Assembly: GCA_046484245.1 (NCBI GenBank)
Contig: JAWOBN010000049.1
Span: 1 to 27,136, forward strand
Length of the DNA stretch: 27,136 nt
DNA from: a bacterium
GTDB lineage: Bacteria; Hydrothermota; 32-111
Direction: 5' to 3'
The translations under genes and the position numbers were made by a program. Positions 9,697 through 17,718 of the stretch are shown here, in pieces. The notes beneath the pieces are model-generated. The model made no database searches, was not told where the DNA came from, and saw only the letters and a list, made by a program, of their open reading frames with translations. Position 1 is the stretch's first letter; each line of letters starts with the position of its first letter.

Positions 9697-11382
9697 ATGA
9701 AATACTTATCCGGGTTCTTCAGAAACTTATCCATCACACGGCTTATCATAGGTTTTATGGTTGTATCAGCAATAGTTGTGGGTGTGCTTGCATTGCTGAT
9801 GATGAATACATTCAGTGATTACAGGAATACAACAGAAAATGTCCTGTATATGGTTGAATATCAGTATGAGGTGGATGCAGTACAGTCCCAGTACAACCGC
9901 ATGGTTTCATCCTTCATTGATTATTTCAATACAGACAGTGAGGCTTACCGCATTGCATTCAGGAGGAACTCAGAGGAATTTTCCGCACAGATCAATAAAA
10001 TGCAGGAGAATTATACCCAGTTTCCATTTGAGACATTCTCCCTGCATAATGATTCCCTTTCCGTGTTATTCAACAGGGCTGTAGCAGCAAGAGACAGGCC
10101 TGATTATATGGAGAGTATTGAAGAGATGTCAGCTCAATTCAATGATGATATTGTCAATAAGACAAACGGGGCAATCAATATGCAGATCAACCGCCTCAAG
10201 GACAGGTTGAATAATACCCTCAAGGTGCGGCTCTTTGTGCAGATCACAATTGCGGGCATTGTCCTTATAATACTCATTGTACTCTCAATAATAATTGCAA
10301 GGATCATCAGAAAGGATATCAAGCGGTTCACGGACACAATGACAAGAATCGCCGAGGATAAGGATTTCACGCAAAGTATGGATTTCAAAACAAAATTCAA
10401 TGAACTCATCAGTATCAACACAAAGATGAGTGATCTGATGGTTGTCATAAAAGATATACTCTATCAGCTCAATGAGAATTCATCTGAGATTGCGGCATTC
10501 TCACAGGAGCTTGCAGCATCATCACAGGAGGTCTCATCAGCAACTGAGGAGGTCTCTGCCTCAACCGAGAATATCACATCCGATATAATGGTGCTGAAGG
10601 ATTATACGGACAATATGGCATCATCAGTGGAGCAGATGAATGATCTGATGAATCAGACAGTTGAATTCCTCGGCAAGGCAAAGAATGTCAATGAGGAATT
10701 CATGAAGCTCATGAATTCTGAGACAGAGATGATAGATTCGTCATCAGAGAATTTCATATCAATGGAAAAGTCCATACAGAACATAAAGCATTTCATTGAT
10801 GATTTTTCCGGTCAGGTCAATACAATACAGACCAGTGTTGATTCAATCAAAAAGGTCCATAAGAAGATTGAACTGCTCTCGCTTAATGCAGCTATTGAAG
10901 CTGCCAGGGCAGGCAAAGAGGGCGGCGGATTTGCTGTTATTGCAGAAGAGATAAGGGGACTGTCATCCAGAAGCTCCAATGCTTCAAAGAATATTGAAGG
11001 CATCATGAATGAGGTTATTGCCAATATACAGCAGCTCCATAATCTCATAAACAAATCCCTTGACGGTTTCAGTGCAATACAGAGTGACTGGGACAAATTA
11101 TCCGAGATATCAGCCCGTGTAAGCAGGGAATCTGAAAACACATACAATGAGACGAATAATCTCACCACAGGCATAGAGAAAATCGGTAATCAATTCAATG
11201 AACTGAACAAGACATTCAAGGAAGTCAAACTGAGAATTGACAATGTGGTTTCTTCTGCTGAGCAGATATCATCATCCAATGAGGAGATCACATCACAGAT
11301 GGAGGAACTTACATCCTCATCCCAGGAACTGTCTGACAAGGCATCTCGTATCAAACAGTTTGTATCAAAATTCAAGATATAG
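9697..11382 (+). CDS. Methyl-accepting chemotaxis protein
   Basis: Two TM segments flanking a helical sensor domain, a HAMP-like region, hairpin LLSLNAAIEAARAGKEGGGFAVIAEEIR, and methylation-like helices (SQEVSSATEEVSAS). Confidence 0.92.
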   Translation: MKYLSGFFRNLSITRLIIGFMVVSAIVVGVLALLMMNTFSDYRNTTENVLYMVEYQYEVDAVQSQYNRMVSSFIDYFNTDSEAYRIAFRRNSEEFSAQINKMQENYTQFPFETFSLHNDSLSVLFNRAVAARDRPDYMESIEEMSAQFNDDIVNKTNGAINMQINRLKDRLNNTLKVRLFVQITIAGIVLIILIVLSIIIARIIRKDIKRFTDTMTRIAEDKDFTQSMDFKTKFNELISINTKMSDLMVVIKDILYQLNENSSEIAAFSQELAASSQEVSSATEEVSASTENITSDIMVLKDYTDNMASSVEQMNDLMNQTVEFLGKAKNVNEEFMKLMNSETEMIDSSSENFISMEKSIQNIKHFIDDFSGQVNTIQTSVDSIKKVHKKIELLSLNAAIEAARAGKEGGGFAVIAEEIRGLSSRSSNASKNIEGIMNEVIANIQQLHNLINKSLDGFSAIQSDWDKLSEISARVSRESENTYNETNNLTTGIEKIGNQFNELNKTFKEVKLRIDNVVSSAEQISSSNEEITSQMEELTSSSQELSDKASRIKQFVSKFKI

Positions 11383-11392
11383 GAGACATGCA

Positions 11393-11737
11393 ATGAAGAT
11401 AAATAAAATCAGTGAAATTGAAAACCTGCATCTTAAGGCTGATGACCTGAAGGATGTGACAAAGCAGGTCCTCATTGGTCCTGACGACGGTTCAGATAAT
11501 ATTATTATGCGCCTCTTTACAGTCAAGCCGGGTGGATATACACCGTATCATCAGCATGACTTTGAACATGTTGTGAAGATAGAGAAAGGCGAGGGCATTG
11601 CTATTGACAAGGATGGTGAACATCCTGTGAAAGAGGGGATGGTTCTCTTTGTGAAACCGGGCGAAATACATCAGTTTCAGAATCAGTCGGACAGTGAATT
11701 CGCCTTTATATGTGTAATACCGGGTGATAAGAATTAA
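11393..11737 (+). CDS. Cupin-domain protein
   Basis: PGGYTPYHQHDFEH and VKPGEIHQFQN cupin motifs; AGGAG SD before ATG 11393. Confidence 0.9.
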   Translation: MKINKISEIENLHLKADDLKDVTKQVLIGPDDGSDNIIMRLFTVKPGGYTPYHQHDFEHVVKIEKGEGIAIDKDGEHPVKEGMVLFVKPGEIHQFQNQSDSEFAFICVIPGDKN

Positions 11738-11761
11738 GAGAACAAAACATTCTGAAAACAC

Positions 11762-11789
11762 TTGACAAAAACTCTATATAAATTATATT
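11762..11789 (+). promoter_or_regulatory. Putative sigma70-type promoter of the grpE-dnaK-dnaJ operon
   Basis: TTGACA(11762-11767)-N16-TATATT(11784-11789). Confidence 0.6.
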
Positions 11790-11833
11790 TTCTTAGTGTT
11801 CCTCAAATATAAATTATGATAAAGAGAGGATTT

Positions 11834-12457
11834 ATGGGTAAAAAAACAAAGAATAAATCAAAATCCAATAACAAGAAGACAAATGTGAAACTAATTGCAG
11901 ACAAGCATAAACAAATCAGACTGCTTGAACATGAATTGTCAAAACTCAATGCCCAGAAAGAGGACCTGGAAAGCAGGGTTGAAGAGCTTCAGGGAGAGTG
12001 CAGTGAAATGAAGGACCAGCTCCTTAGAAAGGCGGCAGATTTTGATAATGCAAAGAAGCTGATGGCAAAGGAGAGAGACACTGTGCTCAATACAAGCAAG
12101 GAAAGACTCTTCATTGACCTCATTGATGTGCTTGACAATTTTGACAGGGCTATTGAGCATTTTGAGAAGACAGACAACAAGGAGCAGATAATGAGCGGTA
12201 TAAAGATGATAGACAAGAGTTTCCATGATTTTCTTGAGAGACACAGTGTGTCCCCGTTCACAGCAAAGGACATGGAGTTTGACCCCAATCTGCATGAGGC
12301 TATCTCTGTTGTCAGTGATGATGATTTGGAGAACAATGTTGTGGCTGAGGTCTATGCAAAGGGCTATAGGTTCGGCGATAAGATACTGAGACCTGCAAAG
12401 GTTGTGGTGAATAAGAAGGATAATAACAGTAATGATGATGAAACATTTAATGATTAA
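11834..12457 (+). CDS. grpE: Nucleotide exchange factor GrpE
   Basis: [25 protein letters not shown] and [17 protein letters not shown]; upstream of dnaK. Start 11834 has a GAGGA SD; 11816 is the alternative. Confidence 0.96.
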   Translation: MGKKTKNKSKSNNKKTNVKLIADKHKQIRLLEHELSKLNAQKEDLESRVEELQGECSEMKDQLLRKAADFDNAKKLMAKERDTVLNTSKERLFIDLIDVLDNFDRAIEHFEKTDNKEQIMSGIKMIDKSFHDFLERHSVSPFTAKDMEFDPNLHEAISVVSDDDLENNVVAEVYAKGYRFGDKILRPAKVVVNKKDNNSNDDETFND

Positions 12458-12471
12458 TAACGGAGGTATAT

Positions 12472-14424
12472 ATGGCAAAGGAAAAAATAATAGGAATTGA
12501 TCTCGGGACAACAAATTCATGTGTTTCCGCCATGGTCAACGGAGAACCGGTAGTGATACCCAATCAGGACGGGAGCAGGACGACACCGTCAGTTGTGGCA
12601 TTCCAGAAGAATAAGGAGCGCCTTGTCGGAACAACGGCAAAGAGGCAGCAGGTGACAAATCCTGAGAGTACTGTTTCTTCAATCAAGAGATTCATGGGCA
12701 GGAGATTCCGTGAAGTGCCTGAAGAGCAGAAACTTGTTCCGTATAATATTGAAGAAGGCCAGAATGGTGATGTCCGAGTAAATATAGAAGGTAAATACTA
12801 TTCCCCGCCTGAAATATCGGCAATGATACTGCAGTATCTCAAGAAATCAGCTGAAGAGTATCTCGGAGAGGATGTTGAGAAAGCTGTTATAACTGTACCT
12901 GCTTATTTCAATGATTCACAGAGACAGGCAACAAAGGATGCAGGCAAAATAGCCGGCCTTGAGGTGTTGAGAATTATCAATGAACCGACAGCAGCATCAC
13001 TGGCATATGGTCTTGATAAAAAGTCCAATGAGAAAATAGCAGTGTATGACCTCGGCGGCGGCACATTTGATATATCCATACTTGAAATAGGCGATGGTGT
13101 GTTTGAGGTATTGTCAACCAATGGAGACACGCATCTCGGAGGTGATAATTTTGATGAAAGAATAGTCAATTATCTTGCAGATGAATTCAAGAAGGACAAT
13201 GGTATTGATCTGAGAAAAGACAAGTCAGCTCTTCAGAGGCTCAGAGAGGCTGCTGAGAAGGCAAAGATGGAATTATCCACAAAGAAAGAGACCAATATCA
13301 ATCTGCCTTTCATTACAGCTGACCAGAATGGCCCCAAGCATCTGGAAATGAATATCACAAGGGCAAAACTGGAAATGCTTGTTGAGGATCTGCTCAAGAA
13401 TACAATAAAACCGTGCAAGATGGCTATTGAAGATGCAGGACTCAGTGTATCGGATGTTGCTGAGGTAGTTCTTGTCGGCGGTATGACAAGAATGCCGGCT
13501 GTTCAGAGAATTGTAAAGGAATTCTTTGAGAAGGAGCCCCATAAGGGAATCAATCCGGATGAAGTTGTTGCAATTGGTGCTTCCATTCAGGCCGGTGTCC
13601 TTGCAGGTGATGTTAAGGACGTGCTGCTTCTTGATGTTACACCGCTTTCACTGGGTATTGAAACACTGGGCGGTGTTATGACAAAGATCATAGAGAGGAA
13701 TACCACAATACCGGTCAAGAAACAGAAGGTGTTCTCAACTGCAGAGGATAATCAGACAGCTGTGACAATTCATGTGCTCCAGGGTGAAAGGGAGATGGCT
13801 TCCGACAACAGGACACTGGGTAAATTTGAACTGATAGGCATTCCTCCTGCACCGCGCGGAGTACCGCAGATTGAAGTGACATTTGATATTGATGCTGACG
13901 GGATACTCCATGTGTATGCCAAGGATAAGGCTACAGGCAAGGAACAGTCCATCAGGATAACTTCTTCAAGCGGACTGTCAGAGGATGAAATTGACAAGAT
14001 GGTCAATGAGGCGAAGGAGCATGAAGAAGAGGACAAGGAAAAGAAAGAACTCATTGAAGTGAGAAATGAAGCCGATTCCTTCATACATTCCTCAGAGAAG
14101 TTCATAAAGGAAAACAGTGACAAGGTTGATGAAAGACTCATTACTGATGTAAAGAAATCAATCAAGAATCTCAAGGATGTTCTCAATACTGACAATAAAG
14201 ATGATATCAAGAACAGGCTTGAAGACCTCAAACAGAAATTCTACAAGGTCTCTTCCGATATATATCAGAAAGAAGGTGAGGAAGGTGCTCAGCAGGCCGG
14301 ACAGCAGCAGGCAGAGCCTGATCAGACAGCAGGCAGCAGTGAAGATGCAGAACAGCCGGGACCGGAACAGGCTGAGGAAGCTGACTATGAAGTTGTAGAT
14401 GAAGATGAGGAAGACGAGCAGTAA
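12472..14424 (+). CDS. dnaK: Chaperone DnaK (Hsp70)
   Basis: [31 protein letters not shown] and [12 protein letters not shown]. Confidence 0.99.
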   Translation: MAKEKIIGIDLGTTNSCVSAMVNGEPVVIPNQDGSRTTPSVVAFQKNKERLVGTTAKRQQVTNPESTVSSIKRFMGRRFREVPEEQKLVPYNIEEGQNGDVRVNIEGKYYSPPEISAMILQYLKKSAEEYLGEDVEKAVITVPAYFNDSQRQATKDAGKIAGLEVLRIINEPTAASLAYGLDKKSNEKIAVYDLGGGTFDISILEIGDGVFEVLSTNGDTHLGGDNFDERIVNYLADEFKKDNGIDLRKDKSALQRLREAAEKAKMELSTKKETNINLPFITADQNGPKHLEMNITRAKLEMLVEDLLKNTIKPCKMAIEDAGLSVSDVAEVVLVGGMTRMPAVQRIVKEFFEKEPHKGINPDEVVAIGASIQAGVLAGDVKDVLLLDVTPLSLGIETLGGVMTKIIERNTTIPVKKQKVFSTAEDNQTAVTIHVLQGEREMASDNRTLGKFELIGIPPAPRGVPQIEVTFDIDADGILHVYAKDKATGKEQSIRITSSSGLSEDEIDKMVNEAKEHEEEDKEKKELIEVRNEADSFIHSSEKFIKENSDKVDERLITDVKKSIKNLKDVLNTDNKDDIKNRLEDLKQKFYKVSSDIYQKEGEEGAQQAGQQQAEPDQTAGSSEDAEQPGPEQAEEADYEVVDEDEEDEQ

Positions 14425-14432
14425 AAGCTGAT

Positions 14433-14461
14433 AAAAGGCGGGTCACAGAACCCGCCTTTTT
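14433..14461 (+). terminator. Intrinsic terminator-like hairpin between dnaK and dnaJ
   Basis: AAAAGGCGGGT-cacaga-ACCCGCCTTTT(T): an 11-bp inverted repeat ending in a T tract. Confidence 0.85.
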
Positions 14462-14478
14462 AATTTAAGGGATGTTTA

Positions 14479-15615
14479 ATGGCTAATAAGGATTACTACG
14501 AAGTACTCGGAATTGACAGGGATGCTTCACCTGAGGAGATAAAGAAGGCATACAGGAAACTGGCAAAGAAGTATCATCCTGATCTTAATAAGGAAAACAA
14601 AGAACAGGCAACAGATAAGTTTAAGGAAGTCTCAGAGGCATATGAAGTGCTTGCCGATCCCAAGAAGAGAAAGATGTATGATCAGTACGGATACGATGGT
14701 GTATCCCAGGAATTCGGTCAGGGCGGTTTCTCATGGAATAATTTCTCTCATGCTGAGGATATTTCCGATATATTCTCCGATATATTCGGAGGAGGGTCAG
14801 GTTTCAGTGGAGGCGGCTCCATATTTGACATGTTCTTCGGCGGCGGCCGGGGCAGAACACGGGGTGCAAACCGTGTCAACAGGGGCGGCAATATCAATAT
14901 CAATCTGGAGCTTTCACTTGAGGAAATGCATTCAGGTGTTTCAAAAACCATAAAATACAAGAGATATGAGACATGTCCAAAGTGCAATGGAACAGGTGCT
15001 GAAAGTGAATCTGATCTTGAACAATGCCCGGATTGTAATGGTTCAGGCCAGAGAAAGGTACGCAGTCAGTCAATGTTCGGTACTGTAGTCAATGTCGGCA
15101 CATGCCCCACATGTCAGGGTTCAGGAAGGGTAATAAAGAATAAATGCAGTAAATGTTTTGGCGAAGGAAGGATTAAGAAGGACCACAAGGTAAAGATTGA
15201 TGTACCTGCCGGGGTTTCTGATAATTCTTATATGAATCTCAAGGGAGAAGGCAATGCACCATCCGGCAAGGGTGTTTACGGTGATCTCCGTGTTATTTTC
15301 AAGGAAAAGGCCAATGACAGATTCTTAAGGGACGGTGATAATCTTCATATGCAGATTACAATATCCTATCCCGATGCAGTGCTGGGTTCTAAAGAGACCA
15401 TTAAAACCATAGACAGCAAAAAGGTAAAACTCAAGATCCCCTCAGGAACACCTGCAGGCAAGATATTTGTATTGAAGGGCAGGGGTATGCCCAATGTTAA
15501 TACAGGCAGAACAGGTGATCTGTTCGTAAAGACCAATATTGATGTACCAAAGAGACCGTCAAAGAAGATGAAGGAACTTATCAAGCAGATGAGAGACCTG
15601 CAGAATGAGTCATAG
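14479..15615 (+). CDS. dnaJ: Chaperone DnaJ
   Basis: J domain with HPD, a G/F-rich region and four CxxCxGxG repeats. Confidence 0.99.
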   Translation: MANKDYYEVLGIDRDASPEEIKKAYRKLAKKYHPDLNKENKEQATDKFKEVSEAYEVLADPKKRKMYDQYGYDGVSQEFGQGGFSWNNFSHAEDISDIFSDIFGGGSGFSGGGSIFDMFFGGGRGRTRGANRVNRGGNININLELSLEEMHSGVSKTIKYKRYETCPKCNGTGAESESDLEQCPDCNGSGQRKVRSQSMFGTVVNVGTCPTCQGSGRVIKNKCSKCFGEGRIKKDHKVKIDVPAGVSDNSYMNLKGEGNAPSGKGVYGDLRVIFKEKANDRFLRDGDNLHMQITISYPDAVLGSKETIKTIDSKKVKLKIPSGTPAGKIFVLKGRGMPNVNTGRTGDLFVKTNIDVPKRPSKKMKELIKQMRDLQNES

Positions 15616-16291
15616 AAATGTATTTTATGCCGGAAAAGAAAATGATTGTTTCAAATTATCCGGTGATGAACTGCATCATGCAGTCAATGTAATCAGAATA
15701 CCCACCCCCGGCAGAATAAATTTTACAGACGGTTCTGGTGTGTTGTATGAGGGTATTCTCATGCCTGACGGCACACTGGTTGATGTGGCTGAAATAGAGT
15801 CGGATGAATCGGAAATTATCAATATACTATTCGGTATATGCCAGAAGAGCAGAATGAGGATTATTCTGGAGAAATGCACTGAAATAGGTGTCCATGAGTT
15901 CATACCTCTTATTACCCTAAAGAGCAGCAAATATCCCCTCAATACCGGAAGAGCTGATTCCATACTGAAATCCGCAATAAAACAGTCAGGCCGGTTTATC
16001 AAGCCCCATTACAGAGAACCTGTCAAACTGGAGGAAATCCATCCTGATTATTGTGAGAATGCGTATTTCGGTTCAATTAAAGGGAAGAATAGAGGCATTG
16101 AACCGGATTTTTCAAGACATATCAATATCTTTATCGGACCCCCGTCCGGTTTTACTGAAGAAGAGGAGAGATTCCTCGTCCAAAGGGGCATTAAACCATT
16201 CCATATCAATACTGCTGTACTCAGAACAGAGACATTTGCAGTAAGCAGTATTGCGATTATCAAATATTTACAGGGAGTTAAAAATGAATGA
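15605..16291 (+). CDS. rsmE: 16S rRNA m3U1498 methyltransferase (divergent)
   Basis: [32 protein letters not shown] and LRTET; typical position after dnaJ. Confidence 0.85.
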   Translation: MSHRNVFYAGKENDCFKLSGDELHHAVNVIRIPTPGRINFTDGSGVLYEGILMPDGTLVDVAEIESDESEIINILFGICQKSRMRIILEKCTEIGVHEFIPLITLKSSKYPLNTGRADSILKSAIKQSGRFIKPHYREPVKLEEIHPDYCENAYFGSIKGKNRGIEPDFSRHINIFIGPPSGFTEEEERFLVQRGIKPFHINTAVLRTETFAVSSIAIIKYLQGVKNE

Positions 16292-16628
16292 TTGCTTGTT
16301 CTGTAAAATCATATCAGGGGATATTGACTCAGATAAGGTCTATGAGGACCAGTATGTCTATGCTTTTAATGATATCAATCCCCAGGCACCGGTTCACATA
16401 CTGATAATACCCAAAAAGCACATTGAGTCCATCCATAAGGTCTCTGACAGTGATAAGCCCTATATAGACGCAGCCATCAGTGCAATACAGAAGATTGCAT
16501 CTGACAATGGCCTGGACAATGACGGATACAGAGTAGTGACAAATCACGGCAAAAGAGCAGGCCAATCCGTCTTTCACCTGCATTTCCACCTCATGGGAGG
16601 CAGGGACATGCAATGGCCTCCCGGATAA
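16284..16628 (+). CDS. hinT: Histidine triad (HIT/HinT) nucleotide-binding protein
   Basis: [27 protein letters not shown] and GQSVFHLHFHLMGG..WPPG; GGAG SD before ATG 16284. Confidence 0.95.
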   Translation: MNDCLFCKIISGDIDSDKVYEDQYVYAFNDINPQAPVHILIIPKKHIESIHKVSDSDKPYIDAAISAIQKIASDNGLDNDGYRVVTNHGKRAGQSVFHLHFHLMGGRDMQWPPG

Positions 16629-16660
16629 GGGACGGTGGTTAATTTCGTCAATTTAAGTAT
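16624..16660 (+). repeat. Left terminal inverted repeat
   Basis: GATAAGGGACGGTGGTTAATTTCGTCAATTTAAGTAT; reverse complement of 17529-17565 with 2 mismatches. Confidence 0.92.
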
Positions 16661-16674
16661 ATGTCACGATATAC

Positions 16675-16702
16675 TTGACAAATATATCACAAAATATATA
16701 AT
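16675..16702 (+). promoter_or_regulatory. Consensus sigma70 promoter, probably giving a leaderless transposase mRNA
   Basis: TTGACA(16675-16680)-N16-TATAAT(16697-16702); ATG follows after 6 nt and there is no SD. Confidence 0.7.
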
Positions 16703-16708
16703 ATTTTT

Positions 16709-17536
16709 ATGCCTAGAAGAGGACGGGTCAATAAAAAAGGGAATTATTACCATATAATCAGCAGAGGTCAGAGGAAGAATCCTCTGTTCTTCTCCAATGA
16801 TGATATGGATGTCTATATCAAATACCTTAAGGAAGAATTGGAGCATTTGGATATTGAACTCATTGCCTACTGCCTGATACGTAATCATGTCCATATATTG
16901 GTAAGGGTAATTGATGATCCCATATATAAACTGATGCATCCTCTCAATACCCGCTATGCATTGTATTTCAACAATAAATATGACACAGTGGCCCATGTAT
17001 TTCAGGGCAGATACAAATGCATACCTGTAACAGATGAGATATACCTCTATACTGATGTCAATTACATTAATTTTAATGCTGTCAAACATGATATTGTTGA
17101 TAATATTGAAGAATACAAATATACCAGTTACTATTGCTATATAGAGCAAGATTCAAAATGTCTAGTCCCTGTAACTATTCCGCATTTCCCTACTAAAGAG
17201 CTGTTTGATATTGATGTTATCTTTCATGAAGATGAGGGATATATTGGCACAGAAGAGGATTACAGAGCATTTGAGAAACGGTCTGACGGCAGACAGAATT
17301 CAAGAGACAGGGACAGAACATCAAGGAGAGCTGTCTTAAGGCAATTACTCGTTGATGCATTGTCAGAACATGATACAACATTACAGGAAATACATAGGAA
17401 TAATTATTCTAATGTAAATAGAAAGATCAATAGAGTAGTGAAAACCTTATATAATAAGGGTTGTACACAGTCAGAGATTGCCAGATTACTCAGTTATACA
17501 CGTGCAGGAATACATAGAATCATAAAAAATACTTAA
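16709..17536 (+). CDS. REP-associated-type (RAYT-like) Y1 tyrosine transposase with C-terminal HTH
   Basis: MPRRGR..YHIISRG, AYCLIRNHVHIL (HUH), HVFQGRYK and YINFNAVK (catalytic Tyr). The C-terminal TQSEIARLLSYTRAGIHRII is HTH-like. Confidence 0.9.
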   Translation: MPRRGRVNKKGNYYHIISRGQRKNPLFFSNDDMDVYIKYLKEELEHLDIELIAYCLIRNHVHILVRVIDDPIYKLMHPLNTRYALYFNNKYDTVAHVFQGRYKCIPVTDEIYLYTDVNYINFNAVKHDIVDNIEEYKYTSYYCYIEQDSKCLVPVTIPHFPTKELFDIDVIFHEDEGYIGTEEDYRAFEKRSDGRQNSRDRDRTSRRAVLRQLLVDALSEHDTTLQEIHRNNYSNVNRKINRVVKTLYNKGCTQSEIARLLSYTRAGIHRIIKNT

Positions 17537-17565
17537 ATTGACAAAATTAACCACCGTCCCCTATC
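17529..17565 (-). repeat. Right terminal inverted repeat (contains the transposase stop codon)
   Basis: ATACTTAAATTGACAAAATTAACCACCGTCCCCTATC on the + strand. Confidence 0.92.
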
Positions 17566-17616
17566 ATTGTGCAAATATTTCCTTAGTATGCAAATAATGC
17601 ATGTGTCTATAATAAC

Positions 17617-17645
17617 TTGACAAATCGCATTCTCTAACTTATATT
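17617..17645 (+). promoter_or_regulatory. Putative sigma70-type promoter upstream of the S8 protease
   Basis: TTGACA(17617-17622)-N17-TATATT(17640-17645). Confidence 0.55.
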
Positions 17646-17671
17646 ATATTAGCGCTTACAGACAAGATTGA

Positions 17672-17688
17672 TTGGCATATAATTTGCT
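17672..17688 (+). promoter_or_regulatory. Putative sigma54 (-24/-12) promoter
   Basis: TTGGCATATAATTTGCT has exact GG-N10-GC spacing and matches the YTGGCA..TTGCW consensus. It ends 30 nt upstream of ATG 17719. Confidence 0.7.
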
Positions 17689-17718
17689 ATTTAATTGACA
17701 ATATATACAGGAGGATAG

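Larger units (their letters stand above)
16624..17565. mobile_element. TIR-bounded element carrying a single HUH/Y1 (RAYT-like) transposase
   Basis: 37-bp inverted repeats (35/37 identical) enclose a promoter and the transposase gene. Confidence 0.8.

Noticed and set aside
14436..14445. AGGCGGGTCA shared between the dnaK terminator and the IS256 leader (21866-21875)
   Set aside because: Only 10 bp, and each copy is explained by its own hairpin.
15326..15337. TAAGGGACGGTG in dnaJ, identical to 12 bp of the left TIR
   Set aside because: It encodes part of the conserved DnaJ FLRDGD segment and has no partner repeat; plausible as chance.
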